Shown piece after piece: positions 12,931 through 23,280 of a DNA stretch of 64,000 nucleotides; the first letter of the stretch is position 1; every line of letters starts with the position of its first letter. The DNA comes from Ranitomeya imitator (Eukaryota): contig NC_091286.1 in the NCBI RefSeq assembly GCF_032444005.1, forward strand, positions 130,076,001 through 130,140,000. Reading direction: 5' to 3'. The translations under genes and the position numbers were made by a program. The notes under the pieces are model-generated. The model worked only from the letters and a program-made list of their open reading frames with translations. It was not told where the DNA came from and made no database searches.

Positions 12931-14308
12931 TGTCTTTTTTGGAGTTTCTTGTTCTGGGAGGGCTTTATTCTTATCGGTTGCCTTTTCCAAGATGTCATCT
13001 AGGGAAGGCCCGAAGACATAGTTACCCTTAAACGGTATGGCGCACAATTTGGCCTTGGAGGTGATATCACCAGACCACATTTTTAGCCAAAGCGCCCTTC
13101 TAGCTGAATTAGTTTGCACTAATGATCTAGCAGCAATTCTGATAGTTTCCATAGAGGCATCCGCTAAGAAACCCATGGCTCTAAGAAGACTGGGTAGAGA
13201 GTAACAATTCAGCTCTAGAAGTGCCCTGGGATATGTGGGATTCCAGTTCTCCCAAAAGTGCTCTAGCCACACATGTTGATGCAATATTGGCTTTGAGGGC
13301 TACCATGGAGGTCTCCCACGATTTTCTCAACACACTTTCTATTTTTCTGTCCATTGGATCTTTTAATTGTGACGAGTCTTCGAACGGAAGGGCCGTTCTC
13401 TTAGCCACTCTTGCCACTTGTGAATCGACCTTGGGGACATCCCATTTGGCCGAATCCCCTTCTAAGGGGAATATATGCTTCATCTCGGATGGGGTACTGA
13501 CGTTTTTCAGGTAGTTCCCACTCTTGATCAATCATATCAGATATATTAGAATGAATTGGGAAACCCACCCGTTTACCCTTCGTTATACCACCAAACATCT
13601 GGTCCTGTATGGACTGTGGTTCTGACTCTTCCTCCAGCCCCATAGTACTGCGCACGGCAGCTACTAAATCCTCAACCCATTCTGAAGAAAAAAGTTATTT
13701 CCTAGCTTCAGAGGTTATAGGGGGACGTAGGTTCCTCCCGTCGACCCGAGGATGAGGCATAGGAGAGGTCTGATTCAGATTCAGAATCCTCATCCTGGAT
13801 TTTTCTTTTCTTAGCTGGAGAAAGTGGTGGTGGGGGTGGAGGGGTAAAGGCCGCTAGGGAAGATTGTACCTCTAGTTTGACTAGGGAGCGGATTTCTTCC
13901 AATAGAGAAGGTTGCTCTGCCCTGACAATTTTGTCAGTACAGGTTCTGCAGAGTTTTTTCTCCCATAATGGGGGCAGCTTTATGTTACAGATGGCACACT
14001 TCTTTTTACTAGTAGTTTTAGGGGTGGACTTTTCTCCCTGCAACGAGAGGGGAGAGAGAGTCATAACTAATAATATCCCCCTAAATCACTAGCTAAGGAC
14101 CCCTGTCCCTGCAGCACTTACTGTGGCAGGGGCAGCGCTGGGCTCTGCAGGCGCAGGGCAGGTACTGCTCTCCATGACAGGACAGCCTTACCTGCGACGT
14201 TTTCCAGCAGGTTTTATGCACTGCAGCATGTCCCTGCCCCCAGCGGTTAATGAAATCCTCCTCCCCTCCATGGTCCCAGGTGGAGGAACGGCGTCCTGCA
14301 CGAGGCAC
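12931..14308 (-). pseudogene. DIRS-A gag (5' part; remainder at about 7600-7714)
   Basis: CAIC-x12-CRTC, WDVPKVDSQVARVAK, DPMDRKIESVLRK, ARRALWLKMW; several frameshifts. Confidence 0.85.
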
Positions 14309-14868
14309 CGCCAGCGGAAGTGCCTCCAGAGAGCGCAGAAAAGACAGGAAGTGACGCGCGCGATCACTTCCGGGTCGCCAGCAGCGTGAAGAGGAGAGGA
14401 GACCGGAGAGCTCAGGGAGGACTCCGGTCAGGATCGCTGGCCTGCTTTGCCCTCACGGGAGCGCGGGAAGGCCAGGGAGCGGTCCCGAGGACACCGCAGC
14501 GCGGCGGGAGTAGCACAAGGGAGGAGGTAATATACGACCCCATGCTGCCCAGTTTTAAATAGGCAGAGCCTTAGTAGGTGCAGTAGTTACCGGCCACCAC
14601 AGCACACGAAAGAAACCCCTCTGTCCCATGGGGAACAGGAAAGACACTGGTGAGGGGGAGGTGGGAGGGCCTTTTAACCTCTCCGTATTTCCTGTTCCCC
14701 ATTAGGGCAAAGAGGCAACCTCCGTATGCCGTCGTGGAAGGTGACTAGAGTAAAAGGGGATATGAGATGGGTTACTGCATGTAAACCATGTCTCATATGT
14801 CGGGTTTGTGAAGGAGATGGCAGAAAAGCCGGTAATTCAATTGCCGGCTTTTGCTATCTAGCGCTGAG

Positions 14869-14870
<2 letters not shown>

Positions 14871-14938
<68 letters not shown>
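14871..14938. repeat. (AT)n microsatellite followed by poly-T
   Basis: About 34 AT units inside the MITE right arm. Confidence 0.95.
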
Positions 14939-14946
<8 letters not shown>

Positions 14947-15214
14947 TTTCTCCCTGATATATGTATATTTACCTATTCTATGTGTATACATCTACTCTAA
15001 TCTAACCTGACAGTGTGATTTTACTGTACACTGCGCTGAATTACCGGCTTTTCAAAGGACACTGGTGCGTAAAAATCGGACAGCAATACGGATGTTAAAT
15101 CGGACCGTTTTTTTCCAGGCAAGTGGAAAGGAGCCCTAAAGGAAACTGCTCTTTTGGTTCTCCTCCTACCTGACTGCTCCTTCATTGCATCTTTTGCTTG
15201 TTGTTCTGAAAGGG

Positions 15215-15482
15215 AAGGGGTTGTCCGGTCTAAAATCTGCAGTCACTGAGTGACTGCAGACTTATGAATTCCCCAGCCCACACACTGTGTGCTGCGAGGA
15301 TTCACCAGTTTCTGAGCTGGTAACATGCGATAGGCATACTCTCGGCTAGTGGGCATGGCCATGTTCCACACTACACATGCCCACTAGGCAGGCTCTCCAT
15401 GAAGCATATACTGTATCTATACCATTCCTAACTCAGTCTCAGTGACTGTAGACTTTTCATATTAGACTGGACAACCCGTTTA
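15215..15482. mobile_element. Kolobok/T2-type MITE (degenerate)
   Basis: aaggggttgtccggtctaa...ttagactggacaacccgtttaa terminal inverted repeats; TTAA at the right end. Confidence 0.7.
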
Positions 15483-15589
15483 ATTTAACAGTCAATAGAA
15501 AGAAAAACCTTGGACCTGTAGAAGCGACAGTAGCGCAAAACTGTTGGAGTCCCCGCGTTATGTTTTAAACTGCTCTGAATAAAAGGATT

Positions 15590-15945
15590 GCATAAGGAAC
15601 GGTGGGTGATGCCTTCTTTTTCTTGGACAACCCAATTAATCTCCTCCTCCATTTATTGTCGGGGTTCCTCAGGGCTCAGTTCCCTTCTCCACCTATATAC
15701 TGCCTCTAATGAACAAACCATTAGATTCCAAATTATACACAGTCTCCTGACCGCTCCCCTCTATTACAAGATACCAGCGATTGTCTTTCAGCCATTTAAC
15801 ATGTCCTCCCTCTATCCAAAATTGAACCTGTCCAAAACAGAACTCCACCTGTTTCCTCCCTATACCAGCCTTCCCAAACCCAACACTGCCATTTCCATGT
15901 GTGGTTCTACCATTACTCCCCACCCAGCAGCACGCCAGCGGTCCA
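15590..15945 (+). mobile_element. L2/CR1-clade LINE RT fragment
   Basis: gggttcctcagggctcagt (GVPQGS-like) and LKLNLSKTELHLFPP-like sequence; decayed. Confidence 0.7.
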
Positions 15946-15964
15946 GAGGTTACAGTATATTTAA

Positions 15965-17121
15965 CCCCTTTCTGCCATCGGACGGAATAGTACGTCCGAT
16001 GGCAGTACCCCCACTTTGATGTGGGCTTAGGCGGTGAGCCTGCATCAAAGCCAGGACATGTCAGCTGTTTTGAACAGCTGGCATGTGCCCGCAACAGGCA
16101 CGGGTGGAATGGCACCTATTAACTAGTTAAATGCCGCTATCAAACTGACAGCGGCATTTAACAAGCTCTTCCTGCCAGAAGATGCCAGATTGCTGTGAGC
16201 GCAACCCTGTGGTCAGCGCTCATAGCAATGCTGTAATTCAGCTACATAGAAGCGATCTATGCATCGCTCCTATGTATCAAAGATGATCAGGCTATGCCAG
16301 CTTTTAGCCTACCATGGAGGCTATTGAAGCATGGCAAAAGTATAAAAAAAAAAAAAAAAAAAAAAGTTTAAATTACCCCCCTTTCGCCCCGTTCAAAAAT
16401 CAAAAGAAAAAAAAAAATAATAATCAAACCTACACATATTTGGCATCGCCGCGTTCAGAATCGCCCAATCAATAAAAAAAAAAAAAAAAAGATTAAACTG
16501 ATCGCTAAACTGCGTAGTGAGAAAAAAAAAGTTAGAAACGCCAGGATTACTTTTTTTGGTCGCCGCGGCATTGCATTAAAATGCAATAACGGGCGATCAA
16601 AAGAATGTATCTGCACCAAAATGCCATCTTTAAAAATGTCAACTCGGCACACAAAAAAATAAGCCCTCACCCGACCCCAGATCAAGAAAAATGGAGACGC
16701 TACGGGTAACGGAAAATGGCGCAATTTTTTTTTTTTTTTTTAGCAAAGTTTGGAATTTTTTTTTTTACCACTTCGATAAAAGAGAACCTAGACATGTTTG
16801 GTGTCTATGAACTCGTAATGACCTGGAGAATCATAATGGCAGGTCCATTTTAGCATTTAGTGAAGCTAGTAAAAAAGCCCATCAAAAAACAGGTGTGGGA
16901 TTGCACTTTTTGCAATTTCACCACACTTGGAATTTTTTTCCCCGTTTTCTAGTACACGACATGCTAAAACCAATGATGTCGTTCAAAAGTACAACTTGTT
17001 TCGCAAAAAATTAGCCATCACATGGCCATATTGACGGAAAAATAAAAAAGTTATGGCTCTGGGAAGAAGGGGAGCAAAAAACGAACACGGAAAAACGGAA
17101 TATCCCAAGGTCATGAAGGGG
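15965..17121 (+). mobile_element. Non-autonomous piggyBac element
   Basis: TTAA|CCCCTT...AAGGGG|TTAA (TTAA at 15961-15964 and 17122-17125); no ORF. Confidence 0.85.
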
Positions 17122-17125
17122 TTAA

Positions 17126-17821
17126 AGTTCAAATCACCCTATTCAAAGTAAAACAAACAAAAATAAATAATTAAAAAAAAAAGCCTACACTATTGGTATC
17201 ATCGCATTCAGAACCGCCCAATCAAAAAAAAAAAAAAATTATTATTAGCCTGATTGCTAAACGGCGTAGCGAGAAAAAAAAATTAATGCCAGAATTACGG
17301 GTTTTTTGGGCGCCGCAACACTGCATTAAAATGCAATAACGGGCGATCAAAAGAACGTATCTACACCAAAATGGCATCAATAAAAATGTCAGCTTGGCGC
17401 ACAAAAAAAAAAAAAAAAAAAGCCCTTACTCAACCCAAGATCACGAAAAATGGAGACGCTACCGGTCTCGGAAAATTCTGCAGTTTTTTTTTTGTTTAGT
17501 AAAGTTTTTTTTTTTTTATCGAAGTTGTAAAAAAATTCCAAACAAAAAAAGAAAAAAAATCAAACTTTGAACTCGTAATGACGTGGAGAATCATAATGGC
17601 AGGTCAGTTTTAGCATTTACTGAACCTAGCAAAAAAGCCAAACAAAAAAAACCAGTGTGGGTTTGCACTTTTTTTTGCAATTTCACCGCACTTGGTATTT
17701 ATTTTACTTCAAAAGTAAAATTCGTCCTGCAAAAAATAAACCCTCCCATGGCCATATTGACAGAAAAAAAAAAAGTTATGGCTCTGGGAAGCATGGGAGT
17801 GAAAAACAAACGCAAAACCTG

Positions 17822-17853
<32 letters not shown>

Positions 17854-17863
17854 TGTTAAGGGG
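17126..17863 (+). mobile_element. Second, left-truncated copy of the same piggyBac right half
   Basis: Repeats the 16380-17121 subterminal sequence and ends in aagggg|TTAA (17864-17867). Confidence 0.75.
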
Positions 17864-17984
17864 TTAAACAGATCTTTCCTTCACTAGCTACATTGGATAA
17901 CTTGCTCATGTCATCTACAAATCAAAAACCTCTATAAAATTTTACCTTTTCTTTTTCTTTTTTAAACACTTGACTTTGCAAATA

Positions 17985-18240
17985 CTGTTGCTTTCATTCT
18001 CGTCTGGACTATTGCAACCCTCTCCACCTTATTAAACTCTCCCCTATCCAATCCAACCTGAATGTGACAGTCAGGATTATACTCCTTGCCAGACGCTACA
18101 CCAGTGCCTCCATCCTGTGCCAGTCATTGCACTGGTTGCCCATCTGCTACAGGGTTCAAAATCACTCACACCCACCAAGAGCTACATGGTTCAGCCCCAC
18201 CCTACATCTGTGACCATCACCTTACTCGATCCCAAGTATC
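17985..18240 (+). mobile_element. L2 LINE 3' ORF2 fragment
   Basis: Resembles the SRLDYCN...LHWLPI region also present at 33796-34275. Confidence 0.6.
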
Positions 18241-19203
18241 TAAAGAAAAACATTCACAATAATCCGAACCTTCCATTTTAGTCTCAAACTTCTGGGGCGA
18301 GGGTCAATTCTCTGGAATGTAGTACCCAGGACAAAGATTAATTCCCAGTTGTAAGTATGCCCAAAAAACACAAGTGAGGCGATAGGCCAGTCTAAAGAAT
18401 TACACCTATTCCAATTTTGCCCTTCCAAGATTTTCTTCCAAATCTGGTCCCTTGTAGTATCTGTTAACACATCGTCCACACAATAGCACTACTGAATCTG
18501 TACATATAGATACTGGCTGGTGACTAGTTCATTAAGGCTTTTTTATGAAACCCCACTATACATGTTTGGTAACTGCCTACTAATTCCGATCTGGTGAATT
18601 ATATTGCCAGGTCAGTTTTAGTGCATAGTGAAGACCCTATATAAGCCCCTAAAAAAACAATTGCGCTTGTTTTTACAATTTCAACGCATTTGGAATTTTT
18701 TTTGCCAGCTTTCCAATACGTCACATGGTAAAATGGCCACGGTTTTAATTGCCAATGTATATGGGTAAAGGATTCCTACTACATTCCTCTACTTGGGATG
18801 CGTTGCAGCTTGCCATCAGAGGTATACATGTGGAGAAGATATATGGTACATAAAACAGAGGCTCAAACTTAACAGGACTGCGGTATTTTTTTTTCTCTCT
18901 CTCTCTTTTTTTTTTTTTTTTAAGCCAAAGAGAAAAAAAAGGACAAATCCGATTTGTTAAAATAAATATTCCCAATTTTACATTTTATTAGTTTTGAACA
19001 TCTTCTAAGATTTTGCCTTCTATGCAAGATTACAAATTATTTACAGCGTGAAAGGAGACCAATAAGTTTCCGTTACATCAGAACGAGGTCAGATGTGAAG
19101 TGTCAGGAGAGCTTTGTTTCTTGGAGAACAGGTTGTTTTATATAGAAAGTCAACAGAAGTCAAACCCTCCAGAGAGGTGCAACAGGCCTTTCACTCACTT
19201 TTA

Positions 19204-19955
19204 GGCCGGTTTCACACGTCAGTGGCTCCGGTACGTGAGGTGACAGTTTCCTCACGTACCGGAGCCACTGATACACGTAGACGCATTGAAATCAATGCAT
19301 CTGTGCAGATGTCATTGATGTTTTGCGGACCGTGTCTCCGTGTGCCAAACACAGAGACATGTCAGTGTTCGTGGGAGCGCACGGATTACACGGACCCATT
19401 AAAGTCAATGGGTCCGTGTGCAGTCCGTGTGCCGTGCAGGAGACAGCGCTACAGTAAGCGCTGTCCCCCCACTGGTGCTGATTCATACGGTATCTTCTTT
19501 GCAGCAGCGTTTGCTGTAGAGAAGATATAAATATCTCTTTTTTTTTTGCTTCTCGTGTTTAAAATAAAGATCCATGTGCCCACCCCCCTCCCATCCCCTG
19601 TGCGCCCGCCTGCGGTTCTTAAAATACTCACCCGGCTTCCTGTCCTGGCCGCACCTTCTACTGTATGAGCGGTCACGTGAGGTCTTTATTTTAAACACGA
19701 GAAACAAACAAAAAAAATAATATTCATATCTTCTCTACAGCAAACGCTGCTACAAAGATGATATGAATGGCAGCTTCAGCACCAGATGCAGGGGACAGCG
19801 CTAAACTTTAGCGGTGTCTCCTGCACGGTGCGTGTGGTACATGGGCAGCACACGTGTGCCACACTGATGTGCCACAGAAACGCACGGGCACACGGACACA
19901 TAATTCCGGTACCGATTTTTCCGGTTCCGGAATTATCTGGACGATGGGACTGCCC
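19204..19955. mobile_element. PIF/Harbinger-type MITE with internal foldback
   Basis: ggccggtttcacacgtc...gggactgccc, TTA TSD; homologous to 20952-21931. Confidence 0.8.
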
Positions 19956-20951
19956 TTAATGTGTGTTTATACAGAAATAAAAAGGAAACCAAACTATTTG
20001 CCCAGGTGAAAGTAAAGGCTAAACACATTAAATTTTGCTATCAGCTGGTGCTCGTAAGAAAAAATAATTTAAAATATAGAAATCTAGTTCTGGTTTAAAG
20101 CAAGTATTTCTCAAAATATCTCTAAAGCAGCTTTATCTATAAAATGGAGAATAGTTGCAATAAAACTGAAGATCTTATGACTTTGCAAACTGTAAGCCTT
20201 GGTTCAAATACATTTACCGTATATTGTCAAACAGCCAAAATAGAAAATTCTCACATCCATAATGTAGCAATACATATGTTTTCATCTTTACGGAGAGGAC
20301 AATACAAAAACCTGAGAAGACACATGATGAGGTCATGCCAATTACGGTAAATATCACAAGGTAAAAAAACAGCACCAAATGGAATGCAATCACTGCAGAT
20401 GAGCGACATGCACAAACAACTAAGCAAATGTCACACAGACCGACAAAACAGCAAAGACAATGTTCTATAGACCAAAACAGCTGTCAGGTGGGTGTAAAGA
20501 AAAAAAAATATACAGAAAAAAAAAAAATAGAAGACCACAAGACACTCCAGCATTCTTTTGTGTAGGCAAAAAAAAAAAAAAAAAAAAAAAAGCAGGAGGC
20601 AGTCTTGTCAGATATCCCTCAATAAACCATGGGCTGGAGCTTTAGTCATATTGAGTAGCATTAATCTGCCTGTATTGTGCTCTGTGTTGACCAATTATTA
20701 GTTCTGCTTCATAAAAGAGCAAAATGGAGTTTTTTGCAATGTCTAAAAATTTAAAAGGGGATGTCCAGGACATACGGTACATCTGGAAGAGGAAGTCTGG
20801 CAACTGGAAGCAAATCGTGTACAAAGCTGGGAAACTACAGTGTGGCACATTGTGTTGTGGCTGTTCAATAGTAGCAAAGCTGCAGTGTAGAAGTGTGCCC
20901 ATATGGAGCTATGGCGTTCCAATCTGGACAAGGTTTACCTCCAACTTCTGA

Positions 20952-21931
20952 GGCCGGTCTCACACGTCAGTGATTCCGGTACGTGAGGTGACAGTTTCCT
21001 CACGTACCGGATCCACTGACACACGTAGACACAGTGAAATCAATGCATCTGTGCAGATGTCATTGATTTTTTGCGGACCGTGTCTCCGTGTGCCAAACAG
21101 TGAGACATGTCATTGTTCGTGGGAGCGCACGGATTACACGGACCCATTAAAGTCAATGGGTCCGTGTAAAACGCGTACCGCACACGGACGTTGTCCGTGT
21201 GAAGTCCGTGTGCCGTGCAGGAGACAGCGCTACATTAAGCGCTGTCCCCCCCACTGGTGCTGAAGCCGCCATTGATATCGTCCCTGCAGCAGCGTTTGCT
21301 GTAGAGAAGATATGAATAATAGTGTTTAAAATAAAGATCCATGACCCCACCCCCTGTCCGCGCCTTCCCCCCCCCCCCCCCCCCCCCCGCTGTTATTAAA
21401 ATACTCACCCGGCTCCCTCGCTGGCTGGCGCTGCTTCCTTTCCTGGCCGCACCTTCTACTGTATGAGCAGTCACGTGGGGCCGCCCATTACAATCATGAA
21501 TATGCAGCTCCACCTCCCATAGGGGTGGAGCCGCATATTCATTACTGTAAATGAGCGGCCCCACGTGACCGCTCATACAGTAGAAGGTGCAGCCAGGACA
21601 GGAAGCAGCGCCAGCCAGCGAGGGAGCCGGGTGAGTATTTTAATAACCGCGGGGGGGCATGGATCTTTATTTTAAACACGATTATTCATATCTTCTCTAC
21701 AGCAAACGCTGCTGCAGGGAAGATATGAATCGCGGCTTCAGCACCAGATGCAGGGGACAGCGCTAAACTTTAGCGCTGTCTCCTGCACGGTGCATGTGGT
21801 ACCCAGTGGGCACACGGGCGGCACACGTGTGCCACACTGATGTGCCACAGAAACGCACCGGCACACGGACACGGATAATTCCGGTACAGATTTTTCCGGC
21901 ACCGGAATTATCTGGACGTGTGAGACTGCCC
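20952..21931. mobile_element. PIF/Harbinger-type MITE with internal foldback
   Basis: ggccggtctcacacgtc...gacgtgtgagactgccc, TGA TSD; inverted internal arms about 21210-21490 and 21545-21800. Confidence 0.85.
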
Positions 21932-22463
21932 TGAGAGAGATGCAAACAGCTGGTTGGTGGGCGTGCTGGGTTTTAGACCCCTTCCAATCTGATAATTTTA
22001 ACAATTGGTTAATTTAAAGTCTGGGACAACCATTTTAAAAGGCAAAATGAAATCTACAATTTATGTTCATTGTAGAAAAACGCACACCTTTCTATATATA
22101 CACAAAGCGCTCAGCATAGAGTACATTCCCTATGAAAAGTCAGACTGTTCTTGCATTCAGTTAGATTTTGAATAATTTTCAACACAGTTTCACAGAACAT
22201 TATCTACCCCATAACATGAAAGTAAGGTTAATAATATAATTTTCAGTTTTAATCAAATAAGTTGATGCAAAAATGAATACTAACCACACACAAAAATTCT
22301 ACTACATGTAGGATTTTGTTTGACCTCCATGATTAAGCAAACCAGTCACCAGGTTTGGCAGATATGAATTACAGCCACCACCTTTCAGGACTGATACAGC
22401 AATCTGTAATGCTGTATATAAGCCCTCAACCTGACTTGTCAAAACAAGGAAAAAGAACTTTTA

Positions 22464-22810
22464 GGGTATGTGCACACGATGCAGATTTTGCTGCGGATCC
22501 GCAGCAGTTTCCCATGCGTTTACAGTTCACTGTAAACCTATGGGAAACCAAAAACGCTGTGCACATGCTGCGGAAAAAAAAACGTGCGGAAACGCAGCGG
22601 TTTACATTCCGCAGCATGTCACTTCTTTCTGCGGATTCCGCAGTGGTTTTACAACTGCTCCAATAGAAATCCACAGTTGTAAAACCGCAGTGAAAACCGC
22701 AGAAAAACCAAGGTAAATCCGCAGCTGTTTTCCACTGCGGATTTATCAAATCTACTGAAATCTGCTGCAGAAAAATCCACAGTGGACCCAGAATACGTGT
22801 GCACATACCC
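22464..22810. mobile_element. PIF/Harbinger-type MITE (gggtatgtgcacacg family)
   Basis: TIR gggtatgtgcacacg/cgtgtgcacataccc, TTA TSD on both sides. Confidence 0.9.
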
Positions 22811-22919
22811 TTATACTCGCCTGCTGGGCAGTCCAGTCCCGAGTCATCCACATAGTGTACTCGGTATCGCGCAGGTGCCGGGAAGGGTCAGAGCCCCGTT
22901 GCCTGCGAACTACAGTACT

Positions 22920-23078
22920 TTATTATTATTATTATTTACATAGCACCATTAATTCCATGGTGCTGTACATGAGAAAGGGGTTACATACAGAGTTATAGAT
23001 ATCGTTTACAGTATACAAGTTTACAGTGACAGACTGGTACAGAAGGGAGAGGACCCGGTCCTTGCGGACTTACATTCT
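22920..23078 (-). mobile_element. L2 LINE 3' tail fragment
   Basis: (TAT)n tail plus sequence nearly identical to the L2 3' end at 33535-33670. Confidence 0.75.
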
Positions 23079-23280
23079 ATGTGTACTTTGCTCTGACATC
23101 AAAAGGGTTGAGAAGTACGCCTGCACAGATGTGCGATGATGGCATCGCAAGAAGAACGGAGGCGCCGGACAAAGAGCAGCAACACCCCTTGGACAGGACA
23201 TTAAAGAATGCTGTACATCAGCCTTGAAAGGTGTTGGCTGTAACTCATATCGGCCCAACCTGGTGACAGGTTCCCTTTAA

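Larger units (their letters stand above)
4628..14755 (-). mobile_element. DIRS1-like tyrosine-recombinase retrotransposon, family A (about 4.9 kb net), interrupted by DIRS-B
   Basis: Inverted terminal repeats (about 4650-4757 versus 14650-14750), internal complementary region at 4817-4902, ORF order gag - RT/RH/MT - YR on the minus strand, A-tract junctions, no TSD. Confidence 0.93.
2270..15136. mobile_element. PIF/Harbinger-type foldback MITE, split by a solo LTR and DIRS-A
   Basis: TIRs gggctcctttccacttgc...gcaagtggaaaggagccc with a 3-bp TAA TSD (2267-2269, 15137-15139). Long inverted arms: about 2270-3020 versus 4375-4630 plus 14756-15136. Confidence 0.85.
22337..23276. mobile_element. 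Kolobok/T2-type MITE containing a Harbinger MITE and an L2 tail
   Basis: ttaa-gcaaaccagtcacca...tggtgacaggttccct-ttaa with inverted subterminal arms. Confidence 0.7.

Noticed and set aside
15505-15590. gaagcgacagtagcgcaaaac...aataaa, loosely like a PLE 3' end
   Set aside because: The hammerhead boxes are not intact and no TSD or partner sequence was found.
18240-18479. 79-aa minus-strand ORF, possibly an L1/Tx1 ORF2 fragment
   Set aside because: No diagnostic motif recognised; it would need a translated search, so it was left unannotated.
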